A DNA stretch of 32,536 nt from Actinomycetota bacterium (GCA_046093905.1 JBJTGN010000056.1:1-32536); one strand, 5' to 3'; shown: positions 1 to 7,780, counted from the first letter of the stretch. The notes: generated by a model not told the origin, from the letters alone. A program made the numbers and translations.

Positions 1-485
1 CCACCGGCGGGCGCACCGGCCTTCTCGCCCTGCTGCGGACCCGGACCGCTGTAGCCCGACAGCAACTGGATGACCTGCTGGCGCACACGTGAGAGGTCGG
101 CGCCGAGCTTCACGAGCACCTGGGCAGCGACACCTTCACCCTCACGGATGAGACCGAGGAGGATGTGCTCGGTGCCGATGTAGTTGTGACCGAGTTGCAG
201 CGCCTCGCGCAGGGAGAGCTCGAGAACCTTCTTCGCCCGAGGAGTGAACGGGATGTGACCCGACGGTGACGAGCCACCCTGGCCGATGATCTCTTCGACC
301 TGTGCCCGCACGGCTTCGAGGGAGATTCCGAGCGTCTCCAGAGCTTTGGCAGCGACTCCTTCACCTTCGTGAATGAGACCGAGGAGGATGTGCTCGGTGC
401 CGATGTAGCTGTGGTTCAACAAACGCGCTTCCTCTTGGGCGAGAACAACGACCCTGCGGGCCCTGTCTGTGAAGCGTTCGAACAT
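1..485 (-). CDS. clpC: ATP-dependent Clp protease ATP-binding subunit ClpC, N-terminal part (continues past window start)
   Basis: The minus frame is open to the window edge, so it is absent from the ORF track. Translation from ATG at 485 gives [50 protein letters not shown]...[23 protein letters not shown]. These are the two Clp R (Clp_N) repeats. GAAAGG lies 6 nt upstream of the ATG. Confidence 0.9.
   Translation of the reverse strand, partial: MFERFTDRARRVVVLAQEEARLLNHSYIGTEHILLGLIHEGEGVAAKALETLGISLEAVRAQVEEIIGQGGSSPSGHIPFTPRAKKVLELSLREALQLGHNYIGTEHILLGLIREGEGVAAQVLVKLGADLSRVRQQVIQLLSGYSGPGPQQGEKAGAPAG
148..408. repeat. Perfect 36-bp direct repeat inside clpC (148-183 and 373-408, offset 225 bp = 75 codons)
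   Basis: atgagaccgaggaggatgtgctcggtgccgatgtag occurs twice. Each copy encodes the [12 protein letters not shown] core of one of the two Clp R repeats. The flanks are similar but imperfect. Confidence 0.9.
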
Positions 486-671
486 GCTCGACCTTTCGTC
501 ACGGCTCACCCGTGGATCTGGGATCGGCGGCTTCGATTCGCCGGTCACAGCGGGATCCCCAGTTGTGTGTTCGCCGGACGAAACACGTTCCGGCCAGCGA
601 CTTGCGAGTCACTCTATCTACGGCGAACCGGCGCTGAGGATGTCGGTCCACAAAGTCGCGTGTGTCGTGGA

Positions 672-701
672 TGTGAGACATGACTCAGGTGTTGTCTCAC
701 A
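672..701. promoter_or_regulatory. 9-bp perfect inverted repeat TGTGAGACA-N12-TGTCTCACA in the clpC / polyprenyl-synthase divergent intergenic region
   Basis: Read directly. It sits beside the most AT-rich stretch of the window (about 700-760). It is about 190 nt upstream of the clpC ATG and about 165 nt upstream of the 866 ATG. The function (operator or leader hairpin) is inferred only. Confidence 0.3.
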
Positions 702-865
702 AAAAATGTGCAATTCGGGAATAAAAACTGGAAAAGTTCTCAGAAGCGATTCCTGACAACTCGTTTTCTTGGTCAGTCTTCGTGACAGAGATGTGACGCA
801 TGGGATTCGTGAATTTCCCTACCGGGTACGCAGTCGGTGACGACTACTGACATAGCCTCACCTGC

Positions 866-1846
866 ATGAGCACGACCCCGCTCTTTCGTCTCGAATCGTC
901 CGATGCCGACCGGCAACGGGTCGAGAACGCGTTGCGGGATTCGGTCAAGACATCCGATGCCTACCTCACCGATCTGGCATCTCACTTGTTGCTCGCCGGG
1001 GGGAAGCGCCTCCGACCGATGTTCTCCGTCGTGGCATCTCAGATCGCAGGAGCGCCCACAACCGAAGAGGCCGTTCTCGGTGGAATCTCGTGCGAGCTCG
1101 TCCACCTCGGCTCGCTCTACCACGACGACGTGATGGACGAGTCTCCGACCCGACGTGGCGTCGAGACCGTGAACGCGAAGTGGGGGAACCTTCAGGCGAT
1201 TCTCGCTGGAGACTTCTTGTTGTCCCGGGCATCGGAAATTGCCGCATCACTCGGAACCGACGTTGCAGGACTTCTCGCTCGAACCATCGGCCGTTTGTGC
1301 GAGGGCCAGATCGAGGAACTTCGCCACACGTACAACGTCGCTCGGCCAGTCGAGAGCTATCTGTCCTCGATCAGTGGCAAGACGGCGTCCCTGTATGCAA
1401 CTTCGGCGCGAATCGGCGGCATCGTGTCGAAATTCGACCGTTCGATCGTCGATGCGTTGACCGCATACGGCGAGGCGTACGGCATGGTCTTTCAGATCGT
1501 CGACGACCTGCTCGATCTCTCGGCGACCGATGAGGAACTCGGCAAACCAGCCGGACACGACATGGTCGAAGGTGTGTACACGCTTCCGGTTCTTCACACT
1601 CTCGCAAGTGGTGGAGTGCCAGCCCGTGAACTCGCCGACGTTCTGGGCAAGCCCCTCGATTCGATCGAGCGCGACAAGGCATTGGCGATCGTGCGCTCGA
1701 ACGGCGGTCTCGAATCGACGATCAAGATCGCCCAGGCATATGTGGACGAGGCTCAGTCAGTGACGAAAGCCTTTCCGAACTCCGCGGCCACACTTGCATT
1801 GCGCGAAGCACCGGCTGCTCTTCTCGCAACTGTTGCCGACCGCTGA
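866..1846 (+). CDS. Polyprenyl diphosphate synthase (trans-isoprenyl diphosphate synthase family)
   Basis: 326-aa ORF. Both Asp-rich motifs are present: LYHDDVMDES (first DDxxD region) and FQIVDDLLD (second DDxxD). GKRLRP is also present. Confidence 0.9.
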   Translation: MSTTPLFRLESSDADRQRVENALRDSVKTSDAYLTDLASHLLLAGGKRLRPMFSVVASQIAGAPTTEEAVLGGISCELVHLGSLYHDDVMDESPTRRGVETVNAKWGNLQAILAGDFLLSRASEIAASLGTDVAGLLARTIGRLCEGQIEELRHTYNVARPVESYLSSISGKTASLYATSARIGGIVSKFDRSIVDALTAYGEAYGMVFQIVDDLLDLSATDEELGKPAGHDMVEGVYTLPVLHTLASGGVPARELADVLGKPLDSIERDKALAIVRSNGGLESTIKIAQAYVDEAQSVTKAFPNSAATLALREAPAALLATVADR

Positions 1847-1889
1847 GCGTCGATCACGTCGACAGCGTCGACTGCGAGAGTGCGAACGG

Positions 1890-2882
1890 TTACGCCAGGA
1901 TCGACAGCAGGTGATCAGCCGCTGCGAGGCCCGAGAGAGAGGCTCCTTCGACCTTGGGTCCTGCGAATGCATCACCTGCGAAAACGAGTGACCCCATGGC
2001 CAGGAATGGTTCGGCCCATGGTCGACGAGGTGTTGCGAACCGCCACTTCTTGTACTCGCTCACGATGCAGTTCGACCGGCCGAAGTACGTGCGCGCGTGC
2101 TCGATCAGCAACTTCGTTCCGTCGTCGTTCGAGTCGTCCCAGTGCTTCGCACTCCACTGCGGATTCGCGTGGCATGTGAGAGCAGGGACATCGGAGATTC
2201 CCTTCAGGGCATTGTCACCGACCCACGAGAACACCTCATCGGGATCTTGTAGTCCTCCTGGCAGTTCGAGTCCCGACGGTCCGTCGAGAACTGCGAGCAG
2301 CCCGATCGTCCGGTCGTAGTCGGCCATGAGCAGATCACGCGGCAATTCGATTCCGGCTTCCACGGTCAATGAGTACGACTGCGCAATGGGACATGTGACG
2401 ATGACAGCATCGGCTGTGAGCCGGGTTCCGTCGTCGATCGTGATCGTGAAGGGACCAGAGCCCGTCGACTCGGATCTTGAGACTTCTTCGATCGAGAATA
2501 CGAGTGTCGACGTGTGCACATTGAGGTTCTTGGCAATGTGTTTGGCGAGAGACGTCATTCCGCCGGGTACGACATAGCGCGGATGACCGTCGTCTCGGTC
2601 GAAACCTCGACACCATTCACGAACGACTCCGTCTTGTGTCCAGCCTTCGACCAGGGAAGAGAACTGATCCGAGCGCACCGTGAAGAACTGTGCACCGTGA
2701 TCCAAAGTGGCTTGGCGTCCATCGGGTGTTGCAATTCGACGCGTGGCGAGTCGTCCGCCGACCCCGCGACCCTTGTCGAGTACGACGACTTGATGGCCGG
2801 TCTTGGTCAGGCGATCGGCTGCGAGAAGGCCGCTGATTCCGGCGCCGACGACGACGACATTCGACCCGGTCGCAGTGGCCAT
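1890..2882 (-). CDS. NAD(P)/FAD-dependent oxidoreductase, renalase-like (COG3380-type)
   Basis: Start trimmed to ATG 2882 (MATATGSNVVVVGAGISGLLAADRL), 5 nt after the upstream stop. Dinucleotide-binding GxGxxG is followed by VLDKGRGVGGRLATRR and DHGAQFFT, which are typical of renalase-like amine-oxidase-fold proteins. Confidence 0.75.
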   Translation of the reverse strand: MATATGSNVVVVGAGISGLLAADRLTKTGHQVVVLDKGRGVGGRLATRRIATPDGRQATLDHGAQFFTVRSDQFSSLVEGWTQDGVVREWCRGFDRDDGHPRYVVPGGMTSLAKHIAKNLNVHTSTLVFSIEEVSRSESTGSGPFTITIDDGTRLTADAVIVTCPIAQSYSLTVEAGIELPRDLLMADYDRTIGLLAVLDGPSGLELPGGLQDPDEVFSWVGDNALKGISDVPALTCHANPQWSAKHWDDSNDDGTKLLIEHARTYFGRSNCIVSEYKKWRFATPRRPWAEPFLAMGSLVFAGDAFAGPKVEGASLSGLAAADHLLSILA

Positions 2883-2887
2883 GGAAC

Positions 2888-3763
2888 TCAGGAGGCGGTG
2901 GGCACGGAATGCAGGTGCCGCTCGACCTGCGATGGTGCAGATGGTCGCGCAACCCATGCCTTCTCGGCGCGACCGAGAAAATCGCCGAGAACGCGATTGA
3001 ACGTCGTGGCGTGTTCGATCATCAGCCCGTGAGCAGCCCCCGACAGGACGGAGAGCTCTGCAGTCGGAATGAGATCAGCGAGCTCTTCACTGTCGCCACG
3101 AGGCGTCAGAACGTCCTGATTGCCGACGATGACAGCCGTCGGAACATCGATCGCGCCGAGTTGGTCGCGCAACGTGTCGTCGGCAGCGAGAATCGCCTGC
3201 ACCTGAGCTGTGAATCCATGAGAAGGACGCGACGTTGCAATCGGCCCGAGCCAGCCGAATGCCGGCCACATACGTCGCAGCGAACGCGGTCCGATCACCC
3301 AACGGGCGGCTTGAGCTGTCATCGCCCCCATACCTTGATCGCGCGCGACGTCGGCCCATGACGAGAGAAGATCGCGTCTCCACTGGTGATTGCTGCACGA
3401 CGTGCACACGAGCGAGAGCGAGCGAATGCGGTGTGGATGCATGATCGCCAGCACCTGCGAAATGGCGCCGCCCATCGACGCGCCGATCACGTGAGCGGTT
3501 TCGACTCCGGCGTGATCGAGAACAGCAATCGCATCATCGGCCATTTGCTCGAGAGAGTAGGAACCGAATGGCTTGTCGCTTCGCCCCGCACCGCGATTGT
3601 CGTGAGCGATCACTCGATAGCGAGTTGCGAACACGTACCGCTGGAGATCCCAGAGGTGCTTGTCAGCGCCCAGTCCCTGGATCATGAGAATGGGGGTTGC
3701 AGATCGACGCCCGATCGCTTCGTAGTGAAGACGAACTCCGTCGTTTGCAATCGCGTAGGTCAT
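2888..3763 (-). CDS. Alpha/beta hydrolase
   Basis: Start trimmed to ATG 3763 (MTYAIANDGVRLHYEAIG), which forms an ATGA overlap with the upstream stop at 3760-3762. HDNRGAGRS and the nucleophile elbow VIGASMGG (GxSxG) are present, and a C-terminal GAAHGLMIEH supplies the His. Confidence 0.85.
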   Translation of the reverse strand: MTYAIANDGVRLHYEAIGRRSATPILMIQGLGADKHLWDLQRYVFATRYRVIAHDNRGAGRSDKPFGSYSLEQMADDAIAVLDHAGVETAHVIGASMGGAISQVLAIMHPHRIRSLSLVCTSCSNHQWRRDLLSSWADVARDQGMGAMTAQAARWVIGPRSLRRMWPAFGWLGPIATSRPSHGFTAQVQAILAADDTLRDQLGAIDVPTAVIVGNQDVLTPRGDSEELADLIPTAELSVLSGAAHGLMIEHATTFNRVLGDFLGRAEKAWVARPSAPSQVERHLHSVPTAS

Positions 3764-4749
3764 GACACCACTTCCCAGGAGCGTTTGGGTGGGACGCGCA
3801 CAACACCCTCCCAGGTGAACAAGGAGTCGATGACACTCTGAGTGCTCATTGCGGGTTCCCAACCGAGTGCCTGGCGACAGCGAGAACTCGTCCCGCGACG
3901 GCCGTGATGCAGCACCTCCATCACATGTTCGGGCACGGGTGCTCCGAAGAGATGGGCGACGCGGCGGGTCACGGACCATTCGGGCCCGATCAGCGGCAGC
4001 GGAATGTGTCGGCTGCTGCGAGCGACGGAAAAGCCGCTGATCTCTCCTGGAGCGACGATATTGATCGGAGCTCCGATGGTCCGCTGAGCAGCAAGGATGA
4101 AAGCGCGTGCTGCATCGTCCTCGTGGAGGACGCTGAACATCGGCGAGCGCACGAGGTTGAACGGCACGAAAGGCAGACGCAGTAGACGGCCGAGTGGGCT
4201 CGGGATGTGCGGGCCGACGACTGGTGCAAGGCGAAGCGGAGTCACATCGACGGTCGACGATGTGAACATGGTGCGGGCGTACTCCTCCAGTTCGAGGAGC
4301 ATTCGCCCGTATTGGGAAGTCGGATTCGGCTTGGCGTCGTCGGATGGAATGTCAACGGAGTCCCGGCCTCGGCCGTACACCTCGAGTCCCGATCGGAGAA
4401 CGACATGCTCCAGAGTCGAACTCCAACGAGCAGCTTCGAAGAGAGAATGTGCTGCTTGGCGGGTGTACGTCTCGGCGTGACTCGGCTTGGCACGAGCATC
4501 TGGTTCCCAGACTGCGAGGTGGATCAGTACGTGAGGATCGGTGGCCTCGACGATCTCGGCCATGCGTGTTGCATCGGATGCATCGACGAGGTGGAAGGTG
4601 CTCCGGTTCAGGCGACGACGGGGAGGATCTGCATCGAGACCCGTAATCGATTCCACCCAGGGTTCGCGCTCCAACCTGGCGGCAACGAGTGAACCGAGTT
4701 GGCCACCCATGCCCGAGATCAAGACCCGGCGCCCGGTTGCTGTGGACAT
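3760..4749 (-). CDS. NAD-dependent epimerase/dehydratase-family protein (extended SDR fold, atypical active site)
   Basis: VLISGMGGQLGSLVA is the Rossmann GxxGxxG. The position of the SDR YxxxK motif reads YGRML (4297-4311), so the catalytic Lys is replaced by Leu. Confidence 0.8.
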   Translation of the reverse strand: MSTATGRRVLISGMGGQLGSLVAARLEREPWVESITGLDADPPRRRLNRSTFHLVDASDATRMAEIVEATDPHVLIHLAVWEPDARAKPSHAETYTRQAAHSLFEAARWSSTLEHVVLRSGLEVYGRGRDSVDIPSDDAKPNPTSQYGRMLLELEEYARTMFTSSTVDVTPLRLAPVVGPHIPSPLGRLLRLPFVPFNLVRSPMFSVLHEDDAARAFILAAQRTIGAPINIVAPGEISGFSVARSSRHIPLPLIGPEWSVTRRVAHLFGAPVPEHVMEVLHHGRRGTSSRCRQALGWEPAMSTQSVIDSLFTWEGVVRVPPKRSWEVVS

Positions 4750-4757
4750 CGCTGAAG

Positions 4758-5273
4758 TCAGCGTAGTAGGTGGGCGCGCAGGATCAATTCTCGTGCAGAT
4801 GGGTCGAGTTGGTGTCCGGCGAGCCTTTCTCCGATCGCAATGGCTTCCTTCGGGTCCTCGACGAGCCCGTACCAGCGAACGAATGCGCCCATCGCACCCA
4901 TGATGCGGTCACCGACTTCTTCACCGTGAACGACGACCTTGACATTGTTCGTCAGCAAGTTCTTCAATTCGTTGAACAAGCCGCGGGCCCAATCGTCGAC
5001 ATTGTCGGCATTGAACGGACGGTGTTGGTACGTCACGCCCAATTCGTCGTAATTGTGCAGATTGTGGGGTGCGGGGATGATGCTGATCAGGCAACCGAAA
5101 TGGTTCTCCCTGATCCAGATGATCTCCTCTTGTCGACGCACGCGCCGGTGATTGTCCCCGTAGCCGCCCGGTCGTTCACACACCGCCAACCGATCTTTGA
5201 GAATCCATGTGAAGTTCCGGGGCGTGATCCCTAGAGCCCATTTTCCTCGTAACTTCGGTGGCACAATCGACAC
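4758..5273 (-). CDS. Protein-tyrosine/dual-specificity phosphatase-fold protein lacking the catalytic Cys (pseudophosphatase-like)
   Basis: GTG start at 5273, 1 nt after the tilS stop. The layout is DSP-like: LAVCERPGG ... GVTYQHRPFNAD ... VVVHGEEVGDRIMG. The P-loop reads H-G-x5-R (4905-4928, CAC GGT GAA GAA GTC GGT GAC CGC) instead of H-C-x5-R. Confidence 0.6.
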   Translation of the reverse strand: MSIVPPKLRGKWALGITPRNFTWILKDRLAVCERPGGYGDNHRRVRRQEEIIWIRENHFGCLISIIPAPHNLHNYDELGVTYQHRPFNADNVDDWARGLFNELKNLLTNNVKVVVHGEEVGDRIMGAMGAFVRWYGLVEDPKEAIAIGERLAGHQLDPSARELILRAHLLR

Positions 5274-5274
5274 C

Positions 5275-6108
5275 TTAGTCGTGTATCTCGGGTGGGGTCA
5301 TCGACATCCGTTGATTCGTTCGACTGATCCGGATCCCGCCGGGCATCTCACACGCAATTGCGTCACCGCGGGCGACTGCAAGAACTCGTTCGACTGTTGC
5401 CGAATCGGGAGGGTGGACATCTTCGAGCCAGCGGCGCACCGCTCGACGGGCGACTGCAGTAGGTGCTCGCGCAAGCGCACGGGCATCGGTCGGATCGATC
5501 TGCGCACTGAGGTCGTCGAGAACATCAGCCTCGTCGGCGAGCAGGTCAGCTTGGCGAACAAGAATGGGAACGAGGTCGCGTCCGGCTGCATCGTTCATCG
5601 ATGGAAGGAGATCGAGTCGAATGCGATTGCGCAGGAGAGAGCGATCGGCATTGGTCGGGTCTTCGAACGGCGTCCATCCGAGTCGAGAGCAGACCTCGAT
5701 CGTCTCGGAGCGCCGGATGTCGAGCAGGGGATGGAGAATCCGACCGGTCGGCCCCCCCAGACGGCGCATTCCAGCGAGTCCATCGAGCCCGGCTCCACGC
5801 AGGAGATTGATGATCACGGTTTCGGCACGGTCATCTGCGGTGTGACCCGTGCTCACATCCTCGGGTAGGACGGCGTAGCGGGCCTCGCGCGCACGCGCTT
5901 CGAGATTGGGTCCGGGTTCGACGAGGACACGGTGGGAGACGAACGCAGCCCCCACGTCATCGGCCGCACGTGCAACAGCATCGGCTTCTTGATGTGACCC
6001 GGGTCGTAAGCCGTGATCGACGTGGATGGCAGTGACATCGAGACGGGCTGCACGGGCGAGTGCGAGCAGTGCAAGTGAGTCGGCGCCTCCTGAGACAGCG
6101 CAGGACAA
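5275..6108 (-). CDS. tilS: tRNA(Ile)-lysidine synthase TilS (5' end uncertain)
   Basis: PP-loop SGGADSLALL. The ORF-track start at 6108 is TTG, only 5 codons before the PP-loop. The same frame stays open upstream to the TGA at 6205-6207 and encodes a TilS-like N-terminus, but contains no ATG, GTG, TTG or CTG. Confidence 0.85.
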   Translation of the reverse strand: MSCAVSGGADSLALLALARAARLDVTAIHVDHGLRPGSHQEADAVARAADDVGAAFVSHRVLVEPGPNLEARAREARYAVLPEDVSTGHTADDRAETVIINLLRGAGLDGLAGMRRLGGPTGRILHPLLDIRRSETIEVCSRLGWTPFEDPTNADRSLLRNRIRLDLLPSMNDAAGRDLVPILVRQADLLADEADVLDDLSAQIDPTDARALARAPTAVARRAVRRWLEDVHPPDSATVERVLAVARGDAIACEMPGGIRISRTNQRMSMTPPEIHD

Positions 6109-6204
6109 TGCGCTACCTGGAGGAGGGAAAGTGCAACGCTCGACGAGTGTCGAGAAGAACGAAGATTCGAGACGGTCGAGAAGACGTCCCGTTTCGGGGA
6201 TGAC

Positions 6205-6360
6205 TCAGCCCTCGTCGTGACCGCGGCGTTGACGCCGACCGGGATAGCGATTCGCAGTGACCTGCTTCAGGTATCCACCGCCGAGAGCGGCAACGGTCAG
6301 AAGGCTGACAACCGTCAGCACGACCCCGATCCACCAGTGCCACACATTTGCCGCAAGCAT
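6205..6360 (-). CDS. Small single-pass membrane protein (51 aa), function unknown
   Basis: ATG 6360 gives MLAANVWHWWIGVVLTVVSLLTVAALGGGYLKQVTANRYPGRRQRRGHDEG, one hydrophobic helix plus a basic tail. It lies 17 nt after the rsrA stop, and its stop abuts the tilS frame. No clear SD. Confidence 0.4.
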   Translation of the reverse strand: MLAANVWHWWIGVVLTVVSLLTVAALGGGYLKQVTANRYPGRRQRRGHDEG

Positions 6361-6377
6361 GATGACAGCGTAGCGGT

Positions 6378-6662
6378 CTAGGTGTCGTCCCGACGAGTGT
6401 CGGCGGCGACGTCCACATCGAGGCACTCGAGCAATCGTCGACGGAGATCCTCGGGAAGCGGTTCCTCCTTCGATTTTCGACGGATATGAACCATCAACTT
6501 GGTTTCGAACTCGATGCGATCGCGACAGCCGGGGCAATCCCCGACATGAGATTCGATTTCGATGCGCAACTCCTCGTCGAGAAGTTCGTCGAGGTAGGCA
6601 TACAACTGACGCAGAGTCTCGTCACAGCTGGCCATCATCCCCCCTTGGTGCTCGTCGTTCAT
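6378..6662 (-). CDS. rsrA: Zinc-associated anti-sigma factor (ZAS), RsrA/RshA-like
   Basis: 94 aa and soluble. HVGDCPGC matches the HxxxCxxC ZAS motif, with an upstream Cys in [19 protein letters not shown] start/stop overlap with the sigma gene at 6659-6662. Confidence 0.85.
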   Translation of the reverse strand: MNDEHQGGMMASCDETLRQLYAYLDELLDEELRIEIESHVGDCPGCRDRIEFETKLMVHIRRKSKEEPLPEDLRRRLLECLDVDVAADTRRDDT

Positions 6663-7228
6663 GCAGGTGCATCGATCAAACCTCTTCGAGTCGCGAATGA
6701 AACAAGGGATTTCTGGAGAGCTTTACGACCTCGGTGCAATCGAGACATCACTGTTCCGAGCGGTACATCGAGGATCTCTGCGATTTCGTGGTACGAGAAC
6801 TCTTGGACATCGGCCAGCAGGATCGGGAGCAGGTAGACCTCAGGGAGTTCTTCAAGTGCTGTTCGCACCTCGTCGTCAGTGAACAGATCGAAGACCACAT
6901 CCTCGGCACTGCGACCGTGAAGTTTTTCGCTCATCTGACCCACATGTCTGTACAGATACAGGTCCGGGAGATCGCCGAGATCGTCCTCTTGTGGCCGAAC
7001 CTTCTTCGAGTTGTAGGAGTTGATGTACGTGTTCGTGAGAATTCGGAAGAGCCAAGCACGGAGGTTCGTTCCTGTCTCGAACGAGCCGTAGGCCTTGAAT
7101 GCCTTGAGCATCGTGTCCTGAACGAGATCCTCAGCGTCGGCACGATTGCGTGTCATTCGCAATGCTGTTCCGAAGAGTTGAGGTGCGATCGGCATCGCAT
7201 CGTCGGCGAAAGTGCGCTGATCAGCCAT
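6659..7228 (-). CDS. sigH: ECF sigma factor SigH/SigR-like
   Basis: [43 protein letters not shown] and [16 protein letters not shown] closely resemble mycobacterial SigH as recalled from memory. A ZAS anti-sigma gene is translationally coupled downstream. Confidence 0.85.
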   Translation of the reverse strand: MADQRTFADDAMPIAPQLFGTALRMTRNRADAEDLVQDTMLKAFKAYGSFETGTNLRAWLFRILTNTYINSYNSKKVRPQEDDLGDLPDLYLYRHVGQMSEKLHGRSAEDVVFDLFTDDEVRTALEELPEVYLLPILLADVQEFSYHEIAEILDVPLGTVMSRLHRGRKALQKSLVSFATRRGLIDAPA

Positions 7229-7243
7229 GTTCCGAGTTCCGGT

Positions 7244-7780
7244 TCAGCCCGTCGTTCGACTCGGGTTCGGCTGAGACCCACCATCGAGGCCATCGACGAA
7301 ACTGTCGAGAGATCGGACGAATCGCTCCATCAATGATGCGAGCTGTTCGAATTCGACAGGCTCGTACGCCGACATGATGTGCTGGAGCAGTTCTTCGCGA
7401 CGAGTAGCAGCCTCGGCGTGGCGCGCGCGACCAGATTCCGACGCAGACACCATGACCACACGTTTGTCCGCTGTGCCTGTGCACCGTTGCGCGAGACCGA
7501 ACTTCTCCAGCCGTTGTATGGCCCGAGTCGCAGTGGATGGGTCGACCCGGAGTGCGTCGGCGAGGTCTCCCATTCGCCATTCGGGCTGTTGGACGAGGAG
7601 GTCGAGTGTGTCCATCTGGCCGATCTCGAGGGCATCCTCGCCCACGCCGAAGAAATGCTCCATGAGTCGACCCATGGATGCACCGCGTCGAACTTCGCGC
7701 CAGGCGCGACCGACGCGCAACGCATTTTCGCGTTGTATCGGGTCGTGAAAGTCGACTCGGACTCGATCGGGGGAGGCCAC
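7244..7780 (-). CDS. MarR-family transcriptional regulator (start uncertain)
   Basis: Winged-helix core MGDLADALRVDPSTATRAIQRLEKFGLAQR and KRVVMVSASESG. The ORF-track start at 7924 would overlap the divergent gene. In-frame candidates are GTG 7780 (chosen), TTG 7720 and ATG 7675. The stop is 15 nt before the sigH ATG. Confidence 0.75.
   Translation of the reverse strand: MASPDRVRVDFHDPIQRENALRVGRAWREVRRGASMGRLMEHFFGVGEDALEIGQMDTLDLLVQQPEWRMGDLADALRVDPSTATRAIQRLEKFGLAQRCTGTADKRVVMVSASESGRARHAEAATRREELLQHIMSAYEPVEFEQLASLMERFVRSLDSFVDGLDGGSQPNPSRTTG

Noticed and set aside
148-408. A perfect 36-bp direct repeat, initially flagged as a possible mobile-element end or recombination scar
   Set aside because: Both copies are in frame inside clpC and encode the conserved core of the two Clp R (N-domain) repeats. 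This is an ancient internal duplication, perhaps homogenised by gene conversion, not an independent element.
1858-1872. GTCGAC-AGC-GTCGAC palindrome between the convergent polyprenyl synthase and oxidoreductase genes, considered as a bidirectional terminator
   Set aside because: It has only a 6-bp stem with a 3-nt loop and no U-tract, and GTCGAC is itself a palindrome that is common in GC-rich DNA. This is too weak to call.
2888-3979. Long N-terminal extensions in the ORF track. Examples are 2888..3979, 1890..2957, 7244..7924, 7812..8495, 8524..8856, 10585..11772, 17443..18609, 20211..20726, 20593..20874, 25138..26034, 25947..26726, 27764..28144, 27849..28613 and 30268..31518.
   Set aside because: The extensions are Arg/Pro/Ser-rich, overlap the upstream gene, and precede internal starts. 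Those internal starts have SD sequences, ATGA/GTGA/TGATG coupling overlaps, or family-typical N-termini. Trimmed coordinates are used in the feature list.
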